From Octopus vulgaris (Eukaryota), in NCBI GenBank assembly GCA_951406725.2, contig OX597827.1, positions 26,722,001-26,786,000 of the forward strand: 64,000 nucleotides of DNA, given 5' to 3'. The notes under the pieces are model-generated. The model made no database searches and was not told the DNA's origin. It saw only the letters and a list, made by a program, of their open reading frames with translations. A program made the position numbers and the translations under genes. Shown piece after piece: positions 52,081 through 64,000 of this stretch; the first letter of the stretch is position 1, and each line of letters starts with the position of its first letter.

Positions 52081-53813
52081 TATCCCACGCACACACGCAT
52101 ACATTCTCACACACACACACATACGTACACACACATTGTACATACATTCATACATTTATTCATACATACATACATTCATACATACACACACACACAAACA
52201 TACACATACACACACACATACATACATGCACACATACATACACACATACATACATACACACACACATACACACATACACACATACATACATACACACAAA
52301 CACACTTACATACATTCACACATACATACACACATGCACTTACACATATACATACACACACATACACGCATGCACACATACATACATACATACACACACA
52401 CATTCATACATACATACATACACATACACACACACATACACACATACACACACACATACATACATACATACACACACACATACATACATACATACATGCA
52501 TATGGGGTTGGCTGTATTGCAGGCGTGCGTGAGTGCGTGTGTATGTGTGCCTGTGGATTCCCATACACCCACACCAAAATTTTTTATTCCATCAATCTTT
52601 CAATTATAAAGTGTGTGCTTGCATACATATATATACACACATATAAACATATAAACACATATATAAACCCCTACATTTGTACACACACGCACATATATAT
52701 TCACTCCCACGTACGTACACACACACGCACACACACACATTTACATATATATACAATACACGCACACACACATACACACGTACAAACACACACTAATTCA
52801 CATACACACCGACACATATACATACACACAATATATACCTACACGCGCACGCACACATACACATACGTAGACACATATAAGCACAGACACACACATACAT
52901 ACGCACAAAAAAACATGCGCTCACATACGCACGCACACGCGCGAAAAAAAGCCTCACAACCCCACGGATACACGCATATACATCCATATACGCTTACACA
53001 CACCCCCATACCAACGCACACATACACGCACACACAACTACACGCATATACATACACACACACACAAATGAACCCACACATGCATCCCATACACACGGCA
53101 CACAACCATACATACACGCATACACATACATACACGCACACAATTATACATACATAGCGGTTCGGCAAAAGAGACCGATAGAATAAGTACTGGGCTTACA
53201 AAGAATAAATCCCGGGGTCGATTTGCTCGACTAAAGGCGGTGCTCCAACATGGCCGCAGTCAAATGGCTGAAACAAGTAAAAGAGTAAAAGAGTAAAATA
53301 TATATACACACACACGCACGTACAAGCACACACGCACACATACACTAAGTTAAGCACAGTTACTCGCCACACACTCAAACTCCACGCATACACACAAAAA
53401 ACACACACATACACACACACATACTACAAACAAAACACACACACGATACATATACATACACGCACACACACATACCTCTTTGTTTTTGACCTGTGATTGG
53501 ACCCCAAACACCACTCCTTAATTTTTATTACTAGCCTGCTAGCCAGTTGTTCGCCATACACACACACACACACACATGTCATCATTGCTACATACACACA
53601 CACGCGCACACGCTGACCTCCCCGCATGCACTACACCCACACACATTCCCCCTCTCACTTTCTTTACCATACTGTCTTTGATATAGCTCTCCTGTTTTTT
53701 AAAAACATTATTCTTCTAATTTTACTACTTCCGTCTTTTAGTATGTGACCTCGTCTGTATCACTAGCGATTTTTTTCCCCTGTCTCCACTTCTCGGGATC
53801 TTTCCTTCTCCTA

Positions 53814-53850
53814 TGTTTCCGACGAAGAGCTCCGCTCGAAAAGTCAAGCC
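53814..53850 (+). ncRNA. Hammerhead motif, family A, U4C variant
   Basis: ttt-CCGACGA-a-gagc(tcc)gctc-GAAA-ag-TC-aag; upstream flank homologous to ~2680-2720. Confidence 0.55.
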
Positions 53851-54005
53851 CTCCATATAAGCATGTATGAATTATGTATGTGTGTATGTACGTACTTATG
53901 CAAATATGTATGCATGAACAGAGAAACAGATAGGCACAGCACGAACATACATACATACATATATATATATATATTAAAAAAAATGAACCTAACTATTTTA
54001 CACAT

Positions 54006-54102
<97 letters not shown>

Positions 54103-54207
54103 TTTATTTATTATATAGAAGCTCCTTCTATATAATAAATTAATTTTACTCTGCTATGTATTGAGTACCTTACTTACTGTGGTTAACCCCGAATCAACCC
54201 GGGACCT

Positions 54208-54255
<48 letters not shown>

Positions 54256-54597
54256 TCTTTATCTTTTATTAAACTCTTAATACTTTTGATATATATTTTT
54301 AAAAAATTTTTTTAAATAAATAAATAAATTAAGAAATTAAGAAATAAAATAATATATAAATATAAAAATATACATACATACATATATATATAAAATTTAT
54401 AAGTTTAAATTATTTAAATAATTTTTTATTTTTAACTTAATTTATGTATTGGCTTGTTTTTTACTGTTTGATTTGCCTAATAGTGGTTTTATCTCTAATT
54501 TAATATAATATAATACAATATATTTATACTATAAAATTGGATTTAATCCTAAATCTAATTTTTCCCTGTAAGTTTGGATTTATTCCCTAATATTATA

Positions 54598-54660
<63 letters not shown>

Positions 54661-55404
54661 TCTATGTATGCATAATTGCGTGCATGTCTCAGTGCATATA
54701 TATCTATAAACCTCGGTGTGTATATACTTGCAATGCGTACAATTCTGCATATAGATAGATATTCATAATTAAAATTTTAAAATTTTAACACGGTACAATA
54801 AAACGATCTGTCATATCTCACATCTCATTATCGCCTTCGTTATCATTTTTATGCATGTAATATCACCAATTATAGATACATATACACATGTGTGTGTGAG
54901 AGAGAGTGTCTGCGTGATTAAGCGTGTGCATGTGTGTATATACGTATATGTAATAAAAAAACATCAGTATCATCATCATCAGCGCAATCAATATCATCAA
55001 CATCACCATCATCATCACCAATTCCAAATCAATTGAATTCTTCACACAGAAGCGATATAATCCTCCCACCGCTTCTGCAAATTGATTCCAATCTCATCAT
55101 TGCGGCAGACTTTCAATCTTTAATGCAACGTGTACTCTCTCACTCTCTCTCTCTCTCTCCCTCCCTCTCCCTCTCTCTCCCTCCCTCTCCCTCTCTCTCT
55201 CTCTTTCTCTCTCTCTCTCTGTCATATGACGGCATATATGAATGTATATCACGTTATTGAACAGACTATCGGATGTTGCTGTACATCGCTGGTCACAGTG
55301 CGCTTCGCATTGTTTTAGCTTTTAAATAATTCTACCCCATTGGTTAGGCAAGCAGGTCAACATTCCACCTTGATCGGAAAGTTAGTCTATTGAGGGGGTT
55401 GACC

Positions 55405-55545
55405 CATTCACAGCTGAGTGGACTGGAGCAACAGTGGAGTGAAGTGTTTTGCTCAAGAATACAATGCACCGATCGGTTCCATAACCTAACCCACGATCCG
55501 CTGATCGTGAGTGCCACACCCTAACCACTAAGACATTCGCCTTTG
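55405..55545 (-). mobile_element. Meta/MESC-like SINE 5' part
   Basis: cagctgagtggactggagcaac..gaagtgttttgctcaag..ccctaaccac. Confidence 0.7.
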
Positions 55546-55858
55546 GCATATATATATATGTGTGTTTGTGTGTGTGTGTGTGTCTGAGTGTGTATGTGTG
55601 ATTATGTGTGTCTGTGTGTGTGTATACAAAGCGAATATACACGAAGTACGATCATTGCTAGAAATAGCAGCCAGTAACTATTTCTGGCAATGAACCTACT
55701 TCGTGTACATTCGCTTTCTATTGATAATTTTACCTTTTTTGGTGCTTTATTTTTGCTGGGTAGTAATATTATTTTTAGTAATATTTATATCTCTTGTATG
55801 TATGTGTGTATGTGTGTATGTATATACATACATATGTATATATATATATATATATATA

Positions 55859-55959
<101 letters not shown>

Positions 55960-56167
55960 CATATATATGTACACACATACGTTTGCCACTGTTTGTGTAA
56001 TTCACGAACTGGGAGACTGCAGTTCAACAAAGGAATCAATGATTGACAAAGGAAGCGTATATATTCGTATAACCTTATACACGATATCGACTTATGCGAG
56101 CTGTTTCAGTGCTTTTTCATGGCTCCTCAGAGATCATAACATACATACAAACATACAAACATACATA

Positions 56168-56283
56168 CAAACAAAAATACTCTGTTGTTGATGTTGAAAT
56201 TCCAATGAAGGAGCCTTGGATCTAAGTTAGAAACCGGTTCTTTCTCAATTGGCCAGCAATCTTGAAGTAAACTGAATAATGAC
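56168..56283 (+). mobile_element. Solo 3' UTR of the (TACA)n-associated RLE family
   Basis: Reverse complement of 10704-10818; flanked by (TACA)n. Confidence 0.75.
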
Positions 56284-56345
56284 ATACATATATTTCGAAA
56301 TCTCCAGCTTCTACATCCAGAATATAAATTCACGTTTACATATAC

Positions 56346-56398
<53 letters not shown>

Positions 56399-56727
56399 TG
56401 CGCACATCCATATGCCACATACATACTCATACACAGTTACTCATACGCATATAAGAAAATACGAAGTTTCAATTACTTGGAAAGAGTTTAGAAAAAGTAT
56501 TAAAGGCTGAAAGTAATAAAAGAGAGAAGGAAATGAAAACAAGTAAAGGAAAATCCATTACAGTTAAGTAACACGCACGCACACACGCGCATGTGTGTGC
56601 GCAGGCGCACCAATAACACATACAAATATAATATGCATGTTGATATTAATTACAAATATGCGAGTGAAACGGAAGAAATATATATGTGAAAATCTGGTGG
56701 GGAAAGATATATTCGTAATACAAACTA

Positions 56728-57015
56728 GAGGAAGAAGAAGAAGAAGAAGAAGAAGAAGAAGAAAAAGAAAAAGAAGAAGAAGAAGAAGAAGAAGAAAGAA
56801 GGAGAAGGAGAAGGAGGGGAGAAGAAAAAGGAAGAGGAGGGGAGAAGAAGAAGGAGGAGGGGAGGAGAAGAAGAAGAAGAAGGAGGAGGGGAGAGAAGAA
56901 GGAGGAAGGGAAGAGGAAGAAGAAGGAGGAGGGGTAGAAGAAAAAGAAGGAGGAGGGAGAGAAGAAGACAGTGTGGTGGTGGTGAAGAAGAAAAAGGAGA
57001 GGGAAGATGATGATG

Positions 57016-57074
<59 letters not shown>

Positions 57075-57075
57075 C
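56728..57075. repeat. (GAA)/(GGA)/(TAA) microsatellite block
   Basis: Seen directly. Confidence 0.95.
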
Positions 57076-57289
57076 ATTAACCATAAATAGTTTACATTAA
57101 GAAAAACATTGAGGACGGCAGAGGAAAAAATTCGAGTGTGTGTATATGCTTATGTGTGAGTTGGTGTGAGGGTTTTGCATGTAAGCAGATTTAAAAGGGA
57201 AAAAGAATGAAAGAAGGCAATAATGGTTTAAACAATAGGGAGATGTTTGAGGGCTGCTCATGGAAAAACTTTATAAAACCACGAGTGCT

Positions 57290-58210
57290 TGACTTATAGA
57301 GAAAGTACCTTTTCTCAGTACCTCATCTCTGATTTACAGACGTATGCTCACAGGGCTTTCCTGTTCACTCGCACCATGATCCCCACTCTCTTCCACCTTT
57401 CAACAAAATGGCTGGAAGGCAATTCTTCCCTCTCCACCCTTATTTTCCTCTTCAAGTTTAACTTAAAGAAATTGATAAAGGACTGGCCAAAGAAGAAAGT
57501 GTTTGTCTTTTGCCGCTTCAATCGCGCTTACCATGGTCACTCGGTACCACTTTCACCATAGTCACTAGTTATAAAAAACTGCCTGCCATTCACGATTAAA
57601 CAAGATGAATTCAGTTGATCCGCCTCGCTCGTGACAGCAGGTGTTCCACAGAAACCCACAGGTCAGAAATGTTCGGTCACTGAATGAGTGCACGCTAGAT
57701 GGTTTCGGACATGCTCGGCTGAGGGCACTTCCGTGCGTGTAGAGTTTATCTGGAACAGATACCGTTCTAGTTATAATGGCAGGTGAGGGATTTCTGAAAG
57801 TTATCTATCGGTCCTGGGTCGGAAGTTCTCCGGAAGAAAGAGATCGGCCATTTGATCATCTTCCCCAAGTATATGTTTGCACTTTTCCGCCACTAATCCT
57901 TTATAGAACGCTAAAGTGTACTTTCTACATGTCGTAATGCCTAAACGGCTGTGAGAGCTAGAAGACATTTCCCTTTTCAAACGCTTTCTCTCAGTTTTCG
58001 TCTGATCCAGGACTGCAGCGCCATCACAGAGACAAGCTGAGAAAAGACACGTCTGGCGAACAGCAACCACATGCATTGACTACCAAGAAAGCGGTGGAGA
58101 TGTCGTAGCCTCAGCATTTGTTTGGGCATCACCAACCACGGCGTGCCCTGTCTAACACGATGGAGACGTTGACAGCAGATAGACTGCCTGGCCACAGGAA
58201 AGCATCCCTA
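57290..58210 (-). mobile_element. Tx1/L1-like LINE fragment, decayed
   Basis: - strand TLAFYKGLVAEKCKHILG..; QRLHR..GTPWLVM; collinear with the 61655-63130 element. Confidence 0.65.
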
Positions 58211-58224
58211 CCACAAGACACCTT

Positions 58225-58264
58225 CACGGTAGGGAAGTGAAAGCACGATATACAAATAAAACTA

Positions 58265-58323
<59 letters not shown>

Positions 58324-58533
58324 AAATACAAATACATAATAAAAACACCAGGACTTACAAACACATATAACATACAGAAAATTGCACTACTAGGCACTGC
58401 ACACATCCTACGCAGAACACTTTCCATACAATAACCATAAGGGCATCACAACAAATCACAGCACATACCCAAAGCACACAGAGCTGCGTTCGGTAGTGAA
58501 GTAAAAGCACGCTATAAAAATAAAACTACTGAA
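58225..58533 (+). mobile_element. Two tandem 3' ends of an R4/Dong-like family in (TAA)n
   Basis: KTPGLTNTYNIQKIALLGTAHILRRTLSIQ* at ~58342-58434; terminal cggtag..aaagcacg..aaataaaactactg at 58226 and 58491, each followed by (TAA)n. Confidence 0.8.
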
Positions 58534-58538
58534 TAATG

Positions 58539-58623
<85 letters not shown>

Positions 58624-58989
58624 CAGTAATAATATTAATAATAACAACAACAGCAACAACAACAATAACAACAACAAGAATAATTATAATAAATAGTTTC
58701 AAGTTTGGGCAGAGGACCAGCAAATTGTTTTGTGGGTGGTGGGATGGAGTTGGTTGATTAGACCAACTCCAGTACTCAATTAAATGATGAAAGGCAAAAG
58801 ACGACTCCGATTCAGAACGTGAACACGGACGAAATGCCGCTAAGCATTTTGTCCGGCAAGCTATCGATTCTGCGTACATTGATGGTTGGATGGTTCAATG
58901 ATAGTTCTGAGTGATGTAAGAAGAACCGAAATGGTTGGAGTTCAAGTGTTATGTGATTGGGGGTAGCAGGGTTGTGTCTGTAATGGGAA

Positions 58990-59698
58990 TAATTGTGGTG
59001 GTGTTGAGGGTAGCGGAAATGTCGATGGTGATGGTGATGGTGGTGGTGGTGGTGGTGGTGGTGGAGGTGGTGGTGGTGATGATTGTGGGGTTGTTCGTAG
59101 CGATTGTAGTGGTGGCGTTAGTGGCAAGAGGTAATGGTGCTGTATGTGGTGATGGAAGTGGTGGCGGTGCTGATGATGGTGCTGATGATGGTGGTGATAG
59201 TGATGAGGTGATGGTGGTATTGGTGGTGATGGTGATAGTGATGATGGTGATGGTGATGGTGGTGATGGTGAGGTGATGGTGGTGCTGGTGACGGTGGTGA
59301 TGGTGATGGTGGTGATGGTGGTGATGATAATGGTAATGGTGGTGAGTTGATGTTGGCGATGGTGGTGATGGTGATGGTGATGGTGGTGATGATAATGGTA
59401 ATGGTGGTGTTGGTGGCGGAGTGGTGGTCGTGGCGGTGGTAGTTTTACTCGCCTTGCTGTTAGTGGAGATGATGGTGGTGGTGTTGTTGGCGGTGGTTAT
59501 AGAAGTTCTCATGCTATTGTCGCTATTGTTGTTGTTGTTATTGGCGGTGGTGGCGGTAGCGGTGGCAGTTATTGGTGGTGGTGGTGGTGGTGGTGGTAGT
59601 GGTGATGGAGATTTGAAGAGGTTGCATTTTGTTGAATGAGCGAGAAGGTTTCTTAGATTGGCAGAATACAGCAAGGGTTAAACGATAGAGACAGCAAT

Positions 59699-59752
<54 letters not shown>

Positions 59753-59841
59753 AACTACTACTACTGCTACTGCTACTGCTACTGCTGCTGCTGCTGCTGC
59801 TGTCGCTGTACGAGTAGTAGTAGCAGCAGCAGAAGCAGCAC

Positions 59842-59911
<70 letters not shown>

Positions 59912-59940
59912 GGTGGTGGTGGTGGTGGTGGTGGTAGTTA
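58990..59940. repeat. (GGT/GAT), (CTA) and (GTA) degenerate trinucleotide region
   Basis: Seen directly. Confidence 0.9.
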
Positions 59941-60052
59941 CTGCGAAGGAATGAAATTGAGAGAATGTTCGTGAATGTCTTCGTGAAGTGAAAATACACC
60001 CACACCCACACCAACATACACACACACACGCACACGTACACACACACGCACG

Positions 60053-60135
<83 letters not shown>

Positions 60136-60383
60136 TATATATACGTATATATATACATACATACATACATACATATATATATGTATATATGCATATATTC
60201 ATATATATGTATACATATATGCATATATACATATATATTTATACATATATATTACACATGCCCATATGTATTTATATATACGGATGTATAATATGTATGT
60301 GTGCGCGCGTGCATGCATACGAACGTATAACTTAATACACAGAGAAAAAAAGCGTCAGAAACAGAAAGAAATGATAGATAAAT

Positions 60384-60426
<43 letters not shown>

Positions 60427-61049
60427 ACAGAGAGACAAAGAGAGTGAGGGGTAAGGGAGAGGGAGAGGGAGAGTAGGACATAATTTTATTGAAAATAACA
60501 GATATGTGTGTTTAATGAAATTTACGTGTTTGGTATGTAAAGAATTCAGACAAGGTTTGGTGCGTAGTTTATGCGGTGTGGGTGGGAGGTGGGGGTGGAT
60601 AGAGTGAGCGGCATTGGAGGAAGAGGAGGAGGAGATAAAGGAGATGGGGAGATGGGGAGAAGGCTGTAGAAGAAGAAGATGAAGGAGGAGGAGGAGGAGG
60701 AGGAGGAGGAGGAGAAGAAGAAGAAGAAGAAGATGAAGGAGGAGGAGGAGAAGAAGAAGAAGAAGAAGAAGAAGAAGAAGAAGAAGAAGACGACGAAAGA
60801 GAAGTAGAAGATGAAGAAAATGAAGAAGAAGAAGAAGATGATGATGATGATGATGATGAAGTAGACAACGGTGGTGGTTTGTGGTGGTGGTGAAGAAAAA
60901 GAAGAAGGAGAAGAAGGTGATTGCAGCGGCGACGATGACGACGACAATGATGATGATGATGATAAAACGTGTAAGAAAAAGGACATCGAATAGTATACAT
61001 GGACACTTTCACAAGTACACACGCATGCACACACATATACGCACAACAT

Positions 61050-61152
<103 letters not shown>

Positions 61153-61359
61153 CAAGTTTGTATGTTTGTGCGTGTAGGCAAAGGGAAGGAATGAGAAAGT
61201 GAATGAGAGCAATGGTGAGATAGTACGAACGGCGGGGGTGCGAGAGGTAGAACAACGTGAAGAAATGATAAGAAGCCGTATGATACAGCGTGACATATTC
61301 CGGATAAATAATAATAATAACAACAACAACAACAACAATAATAATAATAATAATAATAT

Positions 61360-63130
61360 ATGATTTCATTTATTTGTCACAAGGGCGACGGATGAGGGCG
61401 ACACTACAGAGACAGACATAATCTGTGGGGGGAGGATTACATATAATAATGAAATGATAAAAAAATGTATACACGGTATACACAGGAAAAGAAGGGACAT
61501 AAGCATAGCATAAAAAGGTAAACAAAAAGGGGGATGATGGTGATGTAGCCCTCCTGATACAAGAAGGCCCCGAGGGATAATCGAGGAACTCTACTGTCTA
61601 AGATTTCCCGGAAACCCTATGAGCAAATGTCCTCTCCAATTCCTTCTCTCTGACTCACAGGTCTACACTTAGAGTGGTACCATCCACTCTTGCCATTTTT
61701 GCACCTTTCACCCACCTTTCAATAAACTCACTTGAAGACAGCACTTCTCTCTCCACTCCCAATTTCAGATTTCAAGTGAAACTCGAAGAAGTCAATGAGA
61801 CCTCTGCCAAAGAGGAATGTATCTGTCCTCATGCCTTTCAGCCTTGTCCACCAAACAACCTCTTTCGCCAGGCAAAAGAAAACTGCTTTGTCTGACCGAT
61901 TGAAGGAGGATGGCGGTGCAATCATCCCTACAGACTTCGGCCGATAGACGGATCCGTCCCACACGTGACAACAGCTGTTCGACATAACCCCATGAGTTAG
62001 CAATGCCCCGACACTGAACGAGGGCGTGCGGAACGGTTTTGTCAATCGGCGTTCACCTCGGACAAGTCCGTCTGACAGCACATCCATTCCTGTAGAGCTT
62101 GTCTCGAACCGGTAGCGACCCCCACCCCCCACCCGACGGTAACACTGCCAGGCCAAGGACATCTGGAAATTATCCATGATAGTTACCGACCGGAAAGTTC
62201 TCCGGAACAGACTAGCCAATTCGTTCTCGTCGGTGCCCAGAGAACGTCGTCGCGCTTCCCCACCACTAATCCTCTATAAATTTCTAAAGCGGAAGATCTA
62301 CCGATCCCATTGCCCAAATGGTAGAGAGTTGTGAGCACCTGACTTCATTCTAGGTGTCAGGCGCCCAGTTTCATTCTTTTCTTCACCCAGAACTGCAGCT
62401 CCGTTAAGGAGACGAGCTGCGGAAAGACGAGCCTCACAAAAGGAACCCATACGTGCTCCCCGTCCAGAAGTCGTTGCAGGTAGCGTCATTTAAGCGCGTG
62501 TCTGAGGATTACAAGCCACGGCATACCTAATCCGCCACGCAGAGGATGCTGTCAACAGACTGACCACCTGACCATTGGAACGCGTCCCTTCCACAAAAAT
62601 TTTAATAAGAGAAGTTCCAACCTGATCAAGCAGTAACCAGGAGACAAGGCACGACGGTTAGGCGATAAATGATAACGGAGGCGATGTAACCGTTTGCCAC
62701 CTCTGCCCGACCTTTCAGTGATAGCTGTCATTCCACCCATTTCTGGGTAAGAGTGGCCCCCCCTGTTCGCCACCTCGTCCCAGTCCTTATCAACCAGGAA
62801 GTCGGGACCAAGCTAGACCGTGAGCATTTTAACTAGTCTGTCAATCCAGCATCCGAATGGCATCGTCCTGCGTTTCCAGGAGCCCAACGGCAAACCAATT
62901 GATTTGTCGGCGTTGATTTTAGCCCCTGCAACCGACTCATATTCCTTTAGGATGGTGGTGACCGTCTCCATTTGGAGGCATCCGACACCATACGGTGACA
63001 TCGTCCGCGTATGCTGACATTGCCCTTCCTTGTCCCAGTTTGAAAGGGATACCCTTAGCTGTTCCAATTTCCGCAACAGCGGCTCGCGTGCCAATACGTT
63101 TACAAGAGGCGACAGCTAAGGCGTTCTGGA
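61360..63130 (-). mobile_element. Tx1/L1-like LINE, RT to 3' UTR, decayed
   Basis: EPLLRKL, AYADDVTV, YESVAGAKINADKS, KFLWKG, LAKEVVWWTR motifs across frames. Confidence 0.88.
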
Positions 63131-63422
63131 GATTAATCATGATAGTCTCCCACAGGAAACTCCTCCAGAACAGATTAGCTGGTTCGTTTTCGTCGACGCT
63201 CAGAGTTTCCTCGTTTGCACTTCCCTGACCGACTGGGGACAACAAGTACCAACCTTTTTCCTAACAATTTGAATAATTTGTAATATAAAAAGTGGGTGCG
63301 AACGGGTTGCGAACGTCTCTTTCTTAAAAAGGCCTATTTATTGTTATATGTACTGGAATGGAATGAGAAGTTTAACGAAAGACATTGACAAAAAGCAATA
63401 TATATGCTTTTATATTTTTCTT

Positions 63423-63610
63423 TGTTTTTACTCTTTTATTTGTTTCAGTCATTTGACTGCGGCCATGCTGGAGCACCGCCTTTAGTGGAGCAAATCGACC
63501 CCAAGACTCATTCTATGTAAGCCTAGTACTTATTCTATCGGTCTCTTTGCCTAGCCGCTAAGTTACAGGGACGTAAACACACCAGCATCGGTTGACAAGC
63601 GATGGTGGGG

Positions 63611-63620
<10 letters not shown>
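63423..63620 (-). mobile_element. SINE family 1, 3' half
   Basis: Homologous to 42297-42500. Confidence 0.85.
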
Positions 63621-63643
<23 letters not shown>

Positions 63644-64000
63644 CACACACACACACACACACACATACACACACACACTTGTAATCTCAGGACAAATACC
63701 GAAGTTACTGGCCTGTCAACGGTGTATATGCATTGAATGTGATACGTAGGTGGCTGTGTTATGTTGATACTGTTTCAGTTTTGTATAGCAGTCTTCTATT
63801 CAGCCCAGCAGTTATTTGTAATGCATGTGAATATTTTATACCCTGTTTCCTATGTCAGATGCTAAGAATTCTCCTCCAGGTATGTAGCCGGTCCTTTGGG
63901 GATGTTTCTATGATATACACCTCATAGAATAAACCGCAAAGGGACTAAATGTATTCTCCCTGTCCCGGGGCATCTTTTCGTCTCGCTTCAGTTTTATTGT

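Overview
Repeat-saturated, AT-rich animal intergenic/intronic DNA. The SINE families and microsatellite density resemble octopus (inference from recall, not a database match). No intact host gene is evident, and nearly all long ORFs in the track are microsatellite artefacts. The window holds three abundant tRNA-headed SINE families, decayed mariner and maT transposons and MITEs, and fragments of R4/Dong-like (RLE), Tx1, RTE, CR1 and Penelope-like retroelements. The most interesting signal is a set of small non-coding elements carrying minimal type I hammerhead ribozyme (HHR) motifs: about 5 good motifs, plus degenerate ones, in at least 5 unrelated sequence contexts, several inserted in (TA)n. 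The best case (2901-3827) is a young 362-bp tandem retrozyme-like repeat. It has a compensatory U3-A8 core and an inverted 5' segment that starts exactly at the predicted self-cleavage site, consistent with twin-primed reverse transcription of a ribozyme-processed multimeric RNA. All structures were read by eye and none is tested.
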